Positions 26,692-38,900 of a DNA stretch of 64,000 bases are shown here, piece after piece. Within the stretch, counting starts at the first letter, position 1. The number at the start of each line of letters is the position of its first letter. The position numbers were made by a program, and so were the translations under genes. The stretch is taken from positions 303,924,001 to 303,988,000 of the forward strand of contig OZ024740.1 in the NCBI GenBank assembly GCA_964016885.1, read 5' to 3'. The DNA comes from Eledone cirrhosa. Its lineage: Eukaryota. The notes below the pieces were generated by a model. It was not told the DNA's origin. It made no database searches and saw only the letters and a list, made by a program, of their open reading frames with translations.

Positions 26692-29147
26692 ATTTTTTTT
26701 GTCAACATTTCTATATGAATCATTTTTTCAATCTTTTTTCTTTATTTATTTCAATTATTGTCAGATCAGACCCTTCGCTGGTCTTTGGTGCTCCAGAGGG
26801 CGGGGAGGTTCAGAACACTCTAATTTACAATAATTTTAAGGTGGAGTTTCGGAATAAGCGTATTACCGTAAATTTTTCTAAATCTGAGGTTACACCATTG
26901 AAAATTAGGGGATAGTGCCCTCCCTTGGCGATGGGCTGATGTCAAGTTATAAATATATAATTAATATAATTCGTGATTTTGTAGATGCTTTTTCTTAAAA
27001 TAAAAATTTCTTTATTCAGATTTAAAAAAAAAACATGTCTTATCAATAACAATAGTTGTAAGTTATTAATGCAAACATCATTATTTGTCGGGGTCGATAA
27101 AATAAAGTACCAGTAATGCACTGGATATTTGCTGGCCTTGTGCCTAAAGTAGAAACAATTATTTGTGTAGAATTTCATTATCATCATTATCGTTTAACGT
27201 CCGCTTTCCCTGCTAGCAAGGGTTGGACGGGTCACCATGGATCAAGTCATTACTGAAGTGGGACTACTGACCTCCCAGAAAGGCCGGGCGGAGGTGGGGT
27301 ATGCATCTCGCTAATGTACGGGGGGGGGGGTATGCATCTCGCTAACGTACGGTCATACGTTCTGTCGAATGCACAGGAGAGGTTATGTTTTTAATACAAC
27401 TGAAGCATTCTCCCAACCCATTGTTTGGCAACTTTGCTATGGCTGGATGCCCTTCCTATCACCAACCACTTTACAGTGTGTAATAGGGAGGTTGTCATGT
27501 CGATGACACGACTGAAGGGTCCTCTTGGTCCTGTGTTTGACAAGCTTTCTACCATTTGATGCTCTTCCTATCACCAGCTACTTTACAGTGTGTACTGGGT
27601 GCGTTTCTCGTGTAGAACATCAACACTAGAGAGGTTACTGACACAACTGAAGAGTCCTCTCAATCCTTTTAGACATGGTTTCTACAACAGGATGCCCTTC
27701 CTGTCGCCAACTACTCTTACTGAGTATACAGGGTGCATTTTCGTGACACCGTCACAAGAGAAATTGTTCGTCATAGTGCCAACTGAAGAGCCATCTCTGC
27801 TCTGGGGAGGGGGCGTCAGCGGGTTGAGATAGGTATGAAGTTATAGGTGTATGTGGTGGTTTGGCAGCGCAAGTGAGGGGAGGGAGGATGATTAGTGTAA
27901 TGGTAGTGGGGAGGTCGATAGACTGAGGAGGGTTATTGATGGATAGATAGGTAAGGGGTGGGAGTGTAGGGGGATACGGTTTGAGAGAGTAGCTACTAGG
28001 GTGCAATAGTGAGGATATCTAAAGGCTTTAGACAGTGGGAGTAGTTAATGAATGGTTTTGGAGAGGGTATGGGTGCAGTAGCAGTACACCTTCCCCTATC
28101 TTATCGCTCTCCACTAACTTCCTCCCTCCCACCTTGCTTGTCTAATTCTTTTCAGCATGGAAAGACAGTGCCATCCCACCCCAACCCAGTCGGGCTCAAC
28201 CCATACCAACACACAAAGACATTCAATTTATGCCAACAGGAAAAGTTGGGCATGTCCCACCTTATATCATGATCAGATGGGATTGAAAAGGGCATCCAGC
28301 CATGGAAGCCCAGCGAAAAGGAAATTATGAACTAGATATGGTTACCTGTCAAGCCTAGTCTTAGAACATGACAGCTTACTTCACCCTGATCAGGATGGAA
28401 AATAGATGTTTAACAATGATAATGATGATAATGTGCTCCCCACCAATCCTCTGCCACATACCTAAATCACCTTTCCTGTCCGACCCATGCATGCATGGAA
28501 AACCAGATATGCTCTACAGTAAAGGTTCTCAACGGGGGGAGGGGCATTTCGTAGCCCCAGGGGGGCGTTATGCAGTAAGGGGGCGTTTGAAACTTTGAGG
28601 GCGCTAGAAGCCCCTTTAGTTTGGTAAGTTTTATAAGCCATATTTGTATGTCTCTTAGACAGTCAGTGATTTGAATGAAGAAAACAAAGAAAATAAATTA
28701 CAGAAGCTTGTCAACGAATTCCCTAGGGAGATAAAGGAAAATCAAAAGAAATCAAAGTGAATGAAAGTAAGGACTACTTCAACAGAAATGACAAGAAGAA
28801 GCAATGGTCGTGAACATACATACACACACATACATACACACACATATATACACATACATACACACACACATATATATATATATACACACAGGCCTGCGTT
28901 AGTGTTTGATGAAGTTGAGAACCTGGTCAGCTTTCAGCCAGAGGTGTGGTATTTAATCTCCTTAGGTAATAAAATCTGGCGACAAAAATTTTCTCCTTAC
29001 CAAAAAAAGAAGACATAGATCATATCAACATCCTTACACACTTAAATATAAATGCATGTATATATACAAATGTATAAATGCATAGCTATATACATACGTA
29101 AATGTATGTATATATGTATGTATGTATGTAGATTTATATATATATAT

Positions 29148-30357
29148 CATCATCATCATCATCATCATCATCGTTTAACGTCCATATTCCACGCTTGCAT
29201 GGGTTTGGACGGGTGTTTTACCACTTGAGGCAAGAGTGGGTGTCTTGCTCGCATAGGACTGTCTGGCGGGTTTTCTACGGCTGGATGACCTTCCTAACAC
29301 CAACCACATTTACAGTGTGGAACTGGGAGGTTTTTACCGTGTTACCTACACGGCCACATTACAGCGTAGACTGTGTGTTTTTTGTCGTGACACCTACATA
29401 ACCTCATTTATTTAGGACTGGGTGTTGTGGTACCAACATAACTTTACATTGAAAGGGGGGGTAGTGGGGGGGGGGGGTATTTTGTTAGAGGTGCCTAGTG
29501 ACTGTAGTAGGTTTCACTTTGCACTTAGGTAAGGCGGGTCTTCTCTATTACTGTGTAGCGCCAAAGCTCTCGGTCCAGTGACATTGTCTTGGAGAGGTGT
29601 AAGTGTGTGAGGTCGGAATTTATCAAGTCGTCCCAGGTTTTACTCCGTGGCTACCGTCTATTTTTATTGCCCTGCATTTTTTTATACAGCTGTCGTCTTT
29701 CATGCGCGTCACGTGACCATACCAACGTAGCCTTCTCTCGAGTAAACAACATCGGATCCCTCTTATTTCTAATTTTTCCCTTAGCTCGCTTATGCTTTGC
29801 CGTTCACGTATATTACTATTACACATCCAGCGGAGCATGCAAGCTTCGTTCCTCTCCAGTCTGCGTATATCCTCTGCACATAATGCCCAGGTCTCACTGC
29901 CATGCAACATTGCTGTTCGTATGCAGGCATCATACAGCCTGCCTTTCATTTTTAGAGAGAACCCTTTAGCGGCTAATAGTAGTATAAGCTCTCTGAACTT
30001 TTTCCATCCAGTTCTGACTCTAGCTACTGTACTTTCAGAGCACCCTCCACCACTGCTGATTTTGTCACCCAGGTAACGGAAGGTGTCCACTATTTCTATA
30101 GAACCATCTGTGCAATGGAATGAGCTAGTATTCTGTGGGCACTTGCTGCTACTTATTGCACCAGAGCACCGGCCACATATAAAATCTATGTTCTTAGTTA
30201 GTTTACCTGTGATCCCACTACATCTTTTATGCACCCATACTTTGCATTTTGGACATAAAATGGAGTTTCTACCTACTCCTTTCCTACACACTGAGCATGG
30301 CCATTTCCCGGATGGGACCGGCGCCCTATTTTCCTTCCTACAAACTAGAACTTTAGT

Positions 30358-30360
<3 letters not shown>
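29148..30360 (-). mobile_element. 5'-truncated copy of the same RTE LINE
   Basis: ORF 29623-30402 nearly identical to the C-terminus at 31200-31990; same 3' UTR and (GAT)n tail. Confidence 0.9.
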
Positions 30361-30392
<32 letters not shown>

Positions 30393-30418
30393 CTACATAC
30401 ATATATATATAAATATAT

Positions 30419-30498
<80 letters not shown>

Positions 30499-30514
30499 TA
30501 AAATAACAGATTAA

Positions 30515-30565
30515 AGTTTAAGCAAAGAATCGCTGCTTTCACCCTTAACGGGATCTTCTGAAACT
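30515..30565 (-). ncRNA. Hammerhead-like motif in a short insertion within (TA)n
   Basis: Minus strand AGTTT-CAGAAGA-tCCCgttaaGGGt-GAAA-GCAGcgattctTTGC-TT^-AAACT. Confidence 0.5.
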
Positions 30566-30761
30566 AACAAAGTCAATCTGTAAACGCAGAACTGGATATT
30601 TCAAAAAACGTTGCAACCGGAGGAAGACAGGAAGACGATACTTTGCTCTACGGTTCTTATATATTTGATATATATTTTCCTTATCGAGCCCTCTTTGGAT
30701 TTTAGTCTTCAATTTTATTATTATTACTATATATATATATATATATAAATCTACATACATA

Positions 30762-30764
<3 letters not shown>

Positions 30765-30797
<33 letters not shown>

Positions 30798-33700
30798 TTA
30801 ACGTCCATCTTCCACGCTTGCATGAGTTTGGACGGGAATTTTCCCACTTGAGGTAAGATTGGTTGTCTTGCTCGTATAGGACTGTCTAGCGGGTTTTCTA
30901 CGGCTGGATGCCCTTCCTAACACCAACCACGATTACAGTGTGGACTGGGAGGTTTTTACCGTGTTACCTACACGGCCACATTACAGCGTGGACTGTGTGT
31001 TTTTTTGTCGTGACACCTACACGACCTCATTTGTTTCGGACTGGATGTTGTGGTACCAACATAACTTTACATTGAAGGGGGTGGGGGGAGGGGTAGTGGG
31101 ACAGGGGTGTATTTTTGTTAGAGGTGCCTACTGACTGTAGGTTTCGCTTTGTACTTAGGCAAGGCGGGTCTTCTGTATTACTGCGTAGCGCCAAAGATCT
31201 CAGTCCAGTGACATTGTCTTGGAGAGGTGTAAGTGTGTGAGGTCGGAATTTATCAAGTCGTCCCAGGTTTTTCTGGGTCTACCTACTCCGTGGCTACCGT
31301 CTATTTTTATCGCCCTGCACTTTTTTATACAGCTGTCGTCTTTCATGCGCATCACGTGACCGTACCAACGTAGTCTTCTCTCGAGTAAACAACATCTGAT
31401 CCCTCTTATTCCTAATTTCTCCCTTAGTTCGTTTATGCTTTGCCGTTCACGTATATTACTATTACACATCCAGCGGAGCATGCAAGCTTCGTTCCTCTCC
31501 AGTCTGCGTAAATCCTCTGCACACAATGCCCAGATCTCACTGCCATGTAACATTGCTGTTCGTATGCAGGCATCATACAGCCTGCCTTTCATTTTTAGAG
31601 AGAACCCTTTAGCGGCCAATAGTGGTATAAGCTCTCTGAACTTTTTCCATCCCGACTCTCCCTCACTACTGATTTTGTCACCTAGGTAACGGAAGGTGTC
31701 CACTATTTCTATAGAACCATCTGTACAATGGAATGAGCTAGTATTCTGTGGGCACTTGCTGCTACTTATTGCACCAGAGCACCGGCCACATATAAAATCT
31801 ATATTCTTAGTTAGCTTACCTGTGATCCCACTACATCTTTTATGCACCCATACTTTGCATTAGGGACATAAAATGGAGTTTCTGCCTACTCCTTTCCTAC
31901 ACACTGAGCATGGCCATTTCCCTGAGGGCACCTGTGCCCTATTTTCCTTCCTACAAACTAGAACTTTAGCGTTAGACAAGTTAACTTTAAGGCCTTTTGA
32001 TTCTAGGCCATGCTTCCATGTTTGGAATTTCTTCTCTAGTTCAGCCATTGATTCAGCTATGAGCGTTAGATCATCTGCATATAGGAGTTCCCATGGGCAG
32101 CCGGTCTTGAACTCCTCTGTTATAGCCTGAAGGGCAATAATAAATAGTAGGGGGCTAAGAACGGAGTCCTGATGAACACCAACTTTTAGGCTAAACTCTT
32201 CACTATATTCGTTGTTAATTCTAACCTTGCTGACTGTTTCTTTATACATGGCTTGGATAGCTCTCACAAGCCATTCATCAACACCTAGTTTTCTAAGAGC
32301 CCACCAGATAATGGAGCGGGGGACTCTGTCAAGTAAACAAAAGCTAAGTATAGGGGTTTACTTTTAGCTAGGTACTTCTCCTGTAGTTGTCGTACAATGA
32401 AAAGAGCGTATGTGGTACTTTTACCTGACACAAACCCAAACTGCATTTCATCTAGATCAATTCGCTCTCTGATTAGTTGTGCTATTACTTTTTCTATGAC
32501 CTTCATGACCTGGTCGATTAATTTAATGCCTCTATAGTTACCCCTATCTAGGGCATCTCCTTTACCCTTGTAGCAGTTAATGATGATGCTGCTACGCCAG
32601 TCCTTCGGAACGATCCCATTCTGTATGACTTGGTTTACTATCCGGGTGACCATAGTGTGTCCCACCGTTCCAGATGCTTTCAGCATTTCAGCAACTATTT
32701 CCGAAGGCCCAGCCGCCTTACCCGTGTTCATATCTCTGATTGCCTTACTTATTATACTACCTTCAACTAGCACTGCTGGTCCCTCTATTGGATCGATGTG
32801 GGGGAGACTGTCTTTCTCCCATTTATTCTCCTCATTTAGTAGCCTTTCGTAGTGACACTTCCAAGCTACCTTCTTATCAGCGTCAGTGATGGCAAGTACA
32901 CCATCATCATTAAGGACACACTTCTCCCCGACAATATCACGGTTTTCCTTGACACATTGCCTAGCAATCCTGAACACCTCACGTTTTTGGTTCTCGCGTT
33001 GTAGAACATGCTTGAATTTTCTTTCCTCTGCTTCCCTTCTTGCGAAGTACACTTGTCTCCTAGCTTCCCTCCTGGCCACTTGATAGTCTTCTCTACTTCC
33101 CTCATCCCGCCATACTTTCCAAGCCTGCTTTTTGGCCTTAATTGACTCCTCCACTTTACTGTTCCACCACCACGTTACTCTCCTCCTGCCTATAGGTCTG
33201 CTCCAGCCACAGACTTCATCTGTCGCCTTCAGTAGGTTAGCTTTCAGGAATTCCTACTGTTCCTCTATATTGTACGACTCTAATTGCTCTTCCTTACTGT
33301 CAAAAGCATCAAGTAATATGCTTTTAAATTTATTACTGGCTGTGGGGTCCTTTAGCTTCCATATTTTTCTCCTGAGGATAGTCCTCCTCTGTTGTCGAGT
33401 ACGTCTTGTCCTGACTATGAGGTCGCTGACTATTAGGCTATGTTGGGAGGTGCATTCATCATGGGGGAGGGATTTAGTGTTTACAACAGACACTTTATCA
33501 CATCTTCTGGTAAGGATATAATCTATCTGACTGGCGTGTTCCCCTGATCTATAGGTGATCAAGTGATTGTTCGTTTTTTGAAGTTAGTGTTACAGATAGT
33601 TAGGTTATTTGCGTCACAGAATTCCAGGATTCTGGAGCCTTCCTCATTTCTAGTACCAAACCCATAGCCTCCATGGATTCCGTCATAGCCATCAGAATGT

Positions 33701-34460
33701 TGTCCAACGTGACCATTTAGATCGCCAGCAATAATTATGTAGTCACTGTCGGTTATTTGGGAGTCTCATAGAATCTGTCTTTTATAGCGCCAGGCAGTCC
33801 GGATTGGGGTGCGTACGCAGATATTACTGTCACAGTAGTTCTATTTGGGACAAGTCTTATTTTAATTATTCTGTCGTTCACTCTATTTACGTCTATTATC
33901 TTATCTACCCATTTTTCTGTTAATATGATTCCTACCTCACCCAGCCCATTGTCATTTCCCACCCAGAAAAGCTTATAGTATCGTTTTTTACCCACAATGA
34001 ATCTAGCAGACCCACCCCTCCACCCGGTCTCTTGGATACAGCAAACATTAACCTCCTTACGCTCAAGCATTTCTACAACCTCGTTAGCGCAACCTTTTAA
34101 GGTGCCTACATTCATGGTACCAACTCTGAAGTTTTGGGTTGCGTTTTGTGGGTGGGAACGGTGGGGCGCGGGGAGGGGGGAGGGGGATAGTGTTGTTGGG
34201 GTTATGTTGGCCATCCGAGGCCGAAATAAAGAGGAGGAGTCCTTGCCTTTTCGTCCGGTAGCATCAGGTGAATTTGTCTTTATCTTTGGCTTTGTCACTG
34301 AGTGTCCAGATTTTTCAGTCTCTCCAGAATTCCTTAGTCCATCCATCATATCGAAGGGCAACCAGAAGAAGTGATAGCATAGGCCGCTGACTTTTGATTG
34401 GTCCAAATAATAATGGTGGCGAGTGGGGGCGGGTGGGAGGAGTAGTTAGCGAGAAGGTTT
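30765..34460 (-). mobile_element. Near full-length RTE-clade LINE, disrupted
   Basis: APE endonuclease (VGTMNVGTL, CCIQET, SAYAPQ) at 33753-34406; RT (YKGKGD..NYRGI, QFGF, LLYADD) at 31860-33154; (GAT)n tail; multiple frameshifts. Confidence 0.92.
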
Positions 34461-34674
34461 AAATAGAATCCTCTAATTTGGGGCATAATTGAACAAGCAT
34501 ATAACAGTAATAAGCGAATAATGGGATTTTAAGTACAAGAATATTATTTAGAACAACCAGACATAATTTTAGAATAGCATTGAGAAAGAGCAAAGATTGG
34601 ATTCTGGGCGATGATACGGATAGATGAATAGACCAGGGGAAGATGGAGAGAAGAGAAAAAAATGGCATTTTACA

Positions 34675-34710
<36 letters not shown>

Positions 34711-34720
34711 CATATAAATC

Positions 34721-34752
<32 letters not shown>

Positions 34753-34978
34753 TATATAAAAATCTACATACATACATATATACATACATACATATATACA
34801 TATTATACACACACATATATACATATATATATATATAAAACCTTACACACTTAAATATAAATGCATATATATATACAAATGTATAAATGCATAGCTATAT
34901 ACATACATTTACGTATGTATATAGCTATGCATTTATACATTTGTATATATATAAGCATTTATATTTAAGTGTGTAAGG

Positions 34979-35047
<69 letters not shown>

Positions 35048-35984
35048 TTGTGACAAGAAGCTTGTTTCCCAACCACATATTTCCGGGTTCAGTCCCACTG
35101 CCCAAGCTGACCAAAGCCCTGTGAGTGGATTTGATAGATCGAAACTAAAAGAAGCCGTCGTATCATCATCATCATCATCATCATCGTTTAACGCCCATCT
35201 TCCACACTTGCATGGGTTTGGACGGGAATTTTCCCACTTGAGGCAAGATTGGTTGACTTGCTCGTATAGGATTGGCTGGCGGGTTTTCTGTGGCTGGATG
35301 CCCTTCCTAACACCAACCACGTTTACAGTGTGGACTGGGAGGTTTTTACCGTGTTACCTACATGGCCACATTACAGCGTGGACTGTGTGTTTTTTTGTGT
35401 ATATATATATATGTATATATGTCTGTGTGTGTCTTTGCGTTTGTGTTTGCCCTCCCACCAATGCTTGTTGGTTTGTTGACGTCCCCATAACTTACCAAGG
35501 TGATGCTCTAGCATGGGCGTAGTCCAGAGACAGAAAAAAAGTAAAATATATATGTCTGTGTGTGTGTAGAAGACGGGTCTCAAACTCAAGGACACAAAAG
35601 GGCTATTACGTCCTGGAGGAGAGGCACAGTGGGCCAAACGTGGTGGTGGGTGAAAATTTTCACCAGTTATAATCATTTCTACTATAGGAACAAGGCATGA
35701 AATTTGGGGTTTAGGGTTCAGTCGATTGCATCGATCCTAGTACACAACTGGTGCTTAATTCATCGACCCCAAAAGGATGTAAGGCAAAGTTGAGATCGGC
35801 GGAATTTGAACTCAGAACGTAAAAACGGAAGAAGTACCGTTAAGCATTTCGCCAGATGTGCTAACGATTCCACCAGTTCGCCGTCTTATTTTCAACAGTT
35901 ATAATGCGATATGAAATATTGGTTCTACCACGGGCCACAGATAAGTAGTTCGCGGGCCTCATGTGTGAGCCCCCTGTTGGAGAT

Positions 35985-38900
35985 ATTTCTTTATTAGCCA
36001 CAGGGGCACAAAAGAAGGGGACAAATTCAAAGGGGGAAGTTTACATACAATAAAAACGTGTAAAATGTTATCACAAATGCAATTTAAAAAGTTAGTCGAT
36101 TTTCCCCAATAGGGGGAGAGAGTTTATATGGGTAACACATACCCCCGAAGAAATGTGAAACCCTAATCTCCAGGAGTACGAAGAGTTTGTACTCCCTTCC
36201 TCTCCTCCTCCTTTTCCTCAACCTACGGGCTGATATAGAGAGAAGGCCCATTCTCGCCACTTTCACCCACCTTTCATAAAACTTGCTGGGGTACAGCACC
36301 TCTCTCTCCACCCTGATTCTCCTTCCAAAGTGGTATTTGAAAAAAAGAATCAGTTGTTGGCCGGAGAGAAAGGTGTCTGACCTCAGCCCTTTCAACCTTG
36401 TCCACCATACAACCTCTTTCGCCATAGCTATCACACAAAGGAAAACCGCCTCTCCTTCGTTTTTGAAGGAGGGTGGCAGTTTGATCATGACAATGGACTC
36501 GGTGGTCAACCGGGTTGGTCCCACCCGCGACAATAGTCGTTCTACATAGCCCCACAGGTCAGTGACGCCCGGGCAGTGTATGAATGCGTGCGCGACGGTT
36601 TCTTCGTCTCGCACGCACCTCGGACAGATCTTTTTTGCAGGGTCCCTGCCCGGGCGCCCATGTCTGTATAGCTTGTCTCGAACTGGTAGAGCTCCTCGGT
36701 AGCACTGCCAGGCCAGGAACTTTTGGAAGTTGTCCATCGGTCCCGGGCGGAAGGTCCTACCGAACAGACTGGCCAGTTCATCTTCCTCTACGCCTAGAGT
36801 TTCACCGAGCGCGTCGTCGTACTTGCTGCGGATCAACCCTCTATAGAATGACGAAGTGGAGTCTCCACTGATCGCCGGGTCCGCCTGCCAGAGGGCTGTT
36901 AGCGCCTGAGCACATTCAATGTGCTAGTCGCCCATTTTCCTCGGTCTTTGCTTGACCCAGGACTGCAGCTCGGTCAGCGAGCCTTCCCAACGGGGCCCAC
37001 ACCGGTTGTCCGGTGAGGAATACGTAGAGATGCCGCAACCTGAGCGCGTGTTTGCGCATCGTCAACCACGGCATCCCCAGCCCTCCGTTAGAAGGGTGTT
37101 GGCAGCAGATGGATCTTCTCACCAAAGGAGCCCGCCTCTTCCAAAGGAATCGGAAGAGCGCGCGCTCCATTTTGGCGAGCGTTTTGGCTGGACAAGGCAC
37201 GACGGTCAAGCGGTAGTAGATGGCGGACGCTATAAAAGTGTTCGCCACCTCCAGGATAGTTTGCACTCGGCCCACTTCTGGGTGAGTGTAAACACCTTGG
37301 CCGTTACTTCGTTCCAGTTCTTCTCCACCTGGAGGTCCGGACCAAACCAGACCCCGAGCAGCTTTACCGGTCCTTCCGTCCAGCGTCCGACGACGCCATC
37401 GGAAGGCATCGGTTTGCCTCTCCACGATCCGAGTTGCAAACCGATGGACTTGTCCCGGTTCAGCTTCGCTCCTGTGAAACTTTCGTATTCCTTCAGTAAG
37501 GTGCCGACTTCCTCGATTTGCGAGGCGCTCGACACCATTACTGTCACGTCGTCGGCGTAGGCCGACGCCGCTTTCCGCAGTCCCGGTTCCAGAGGGATGC
37601 CCTGCAATAGCTCCAACTTCCGCAGTAGTGGCTCGAGAGTCAGTACGTACAGAAGGGAGGAGAGAGGGCATCCCTGTCGAATGGATCGCGTAATATGGAA
37701 CGGCTCCGAGAGGTAGCCGTTCACCTTGACCCTTGAGCAGATGTTGCTGTTGTGCATTGCAGCAATCCAGCCTCTGAACACGGGTCCGAAGCCTGCCGCC
37801 TCGAGCACCGCATCCAGGTAACGATGGTCAACCCTATCGAAAGCCTTAGATTGATCCAAGTTGATCAGGGCCCCACCGAAGCCGGGTTTACACCCTACCC
37901 TCTCTATGATGTATCGCATGAGGTGGAGGTTGTCGTGTATGGACCTGGTCGGGATTGCGCATGTCTGCGCTTCTCCCACCAGGTTCTCGACGACAAGCGC
38001 CAGCCTCTTTGCCAACACCTTGGCCAAAATCTGTAACTCTGTGTTTAGCAGAGTTATGGGCCGGAAGTTGCCTATGTCATCCCCCTTATTCTCGTCCTTC
38101 CTGATTAGTGTGACCAGGCCCCCGGTTACAGAACTGGGAATTCTCCCGTTCTGTTGCCAGTTGCAGTAGACCGCTTCCAGGAGACCGGAGAATAAGTCCG
38201 GCATTGCTACGTAAAATTCGTAGGGTAGACCGTCGAGACCTGGAGATTTGCGTTTGCCGCATTGGCTCAGCGCGTCCCCTATCTCAGCGGCTGAAATCGG
38301 CTTTTCGCAGAACTTTGCCTCGCCGTCCGAGAGTCGCAGTAGGCCGTCGAGGTATGGACCGAAATCCATAGCCTCTCCCGGCGCGCCGCCCCTCCCGGCG
38401 CGCCGCCCCTCCCGAACAGCTGAGCAAATGGCCGCTGAAAAGTCGCACACATCTGCTTCGGCTCACGTATCACGCGTCCGTTTTGGTCCTTCAAAGACCG
38501 AATAGTGGACTTGTTGCCACTTTTTCCCTCCGTCACTCGGGCCCAGCTAACAGCTTTGGCTCCCTCGTTTCCCATAGCACGTGGTTTGCTTCTGACAACG
38601 CAGCCCTCGTGCTTTGTGTCGAAGAACTGGTCCAAGGCCGTTCTCGTTGCTAGCACGCTGGCTACGTTGCCACTTCTAATTGCCTCTTCTACTTTATCTA
38701 CCAGTTCCTTCTCGGTTCTATTTCTATCTAACGCTAATTCTTTACTAAAAACTATCGAGTCTAATCTAACTGCCCTCTTGAGAGAGTACCACCATCTGTT
38801 GTTGACAATGGCCCCTGTCAAGTGCTGTTTAACTAAAGTGCTAATCCGTCTACTGTAGGCTTTGCTTGTCGGTAACGACAAGTTCAGCTTCCAGTAGCCG

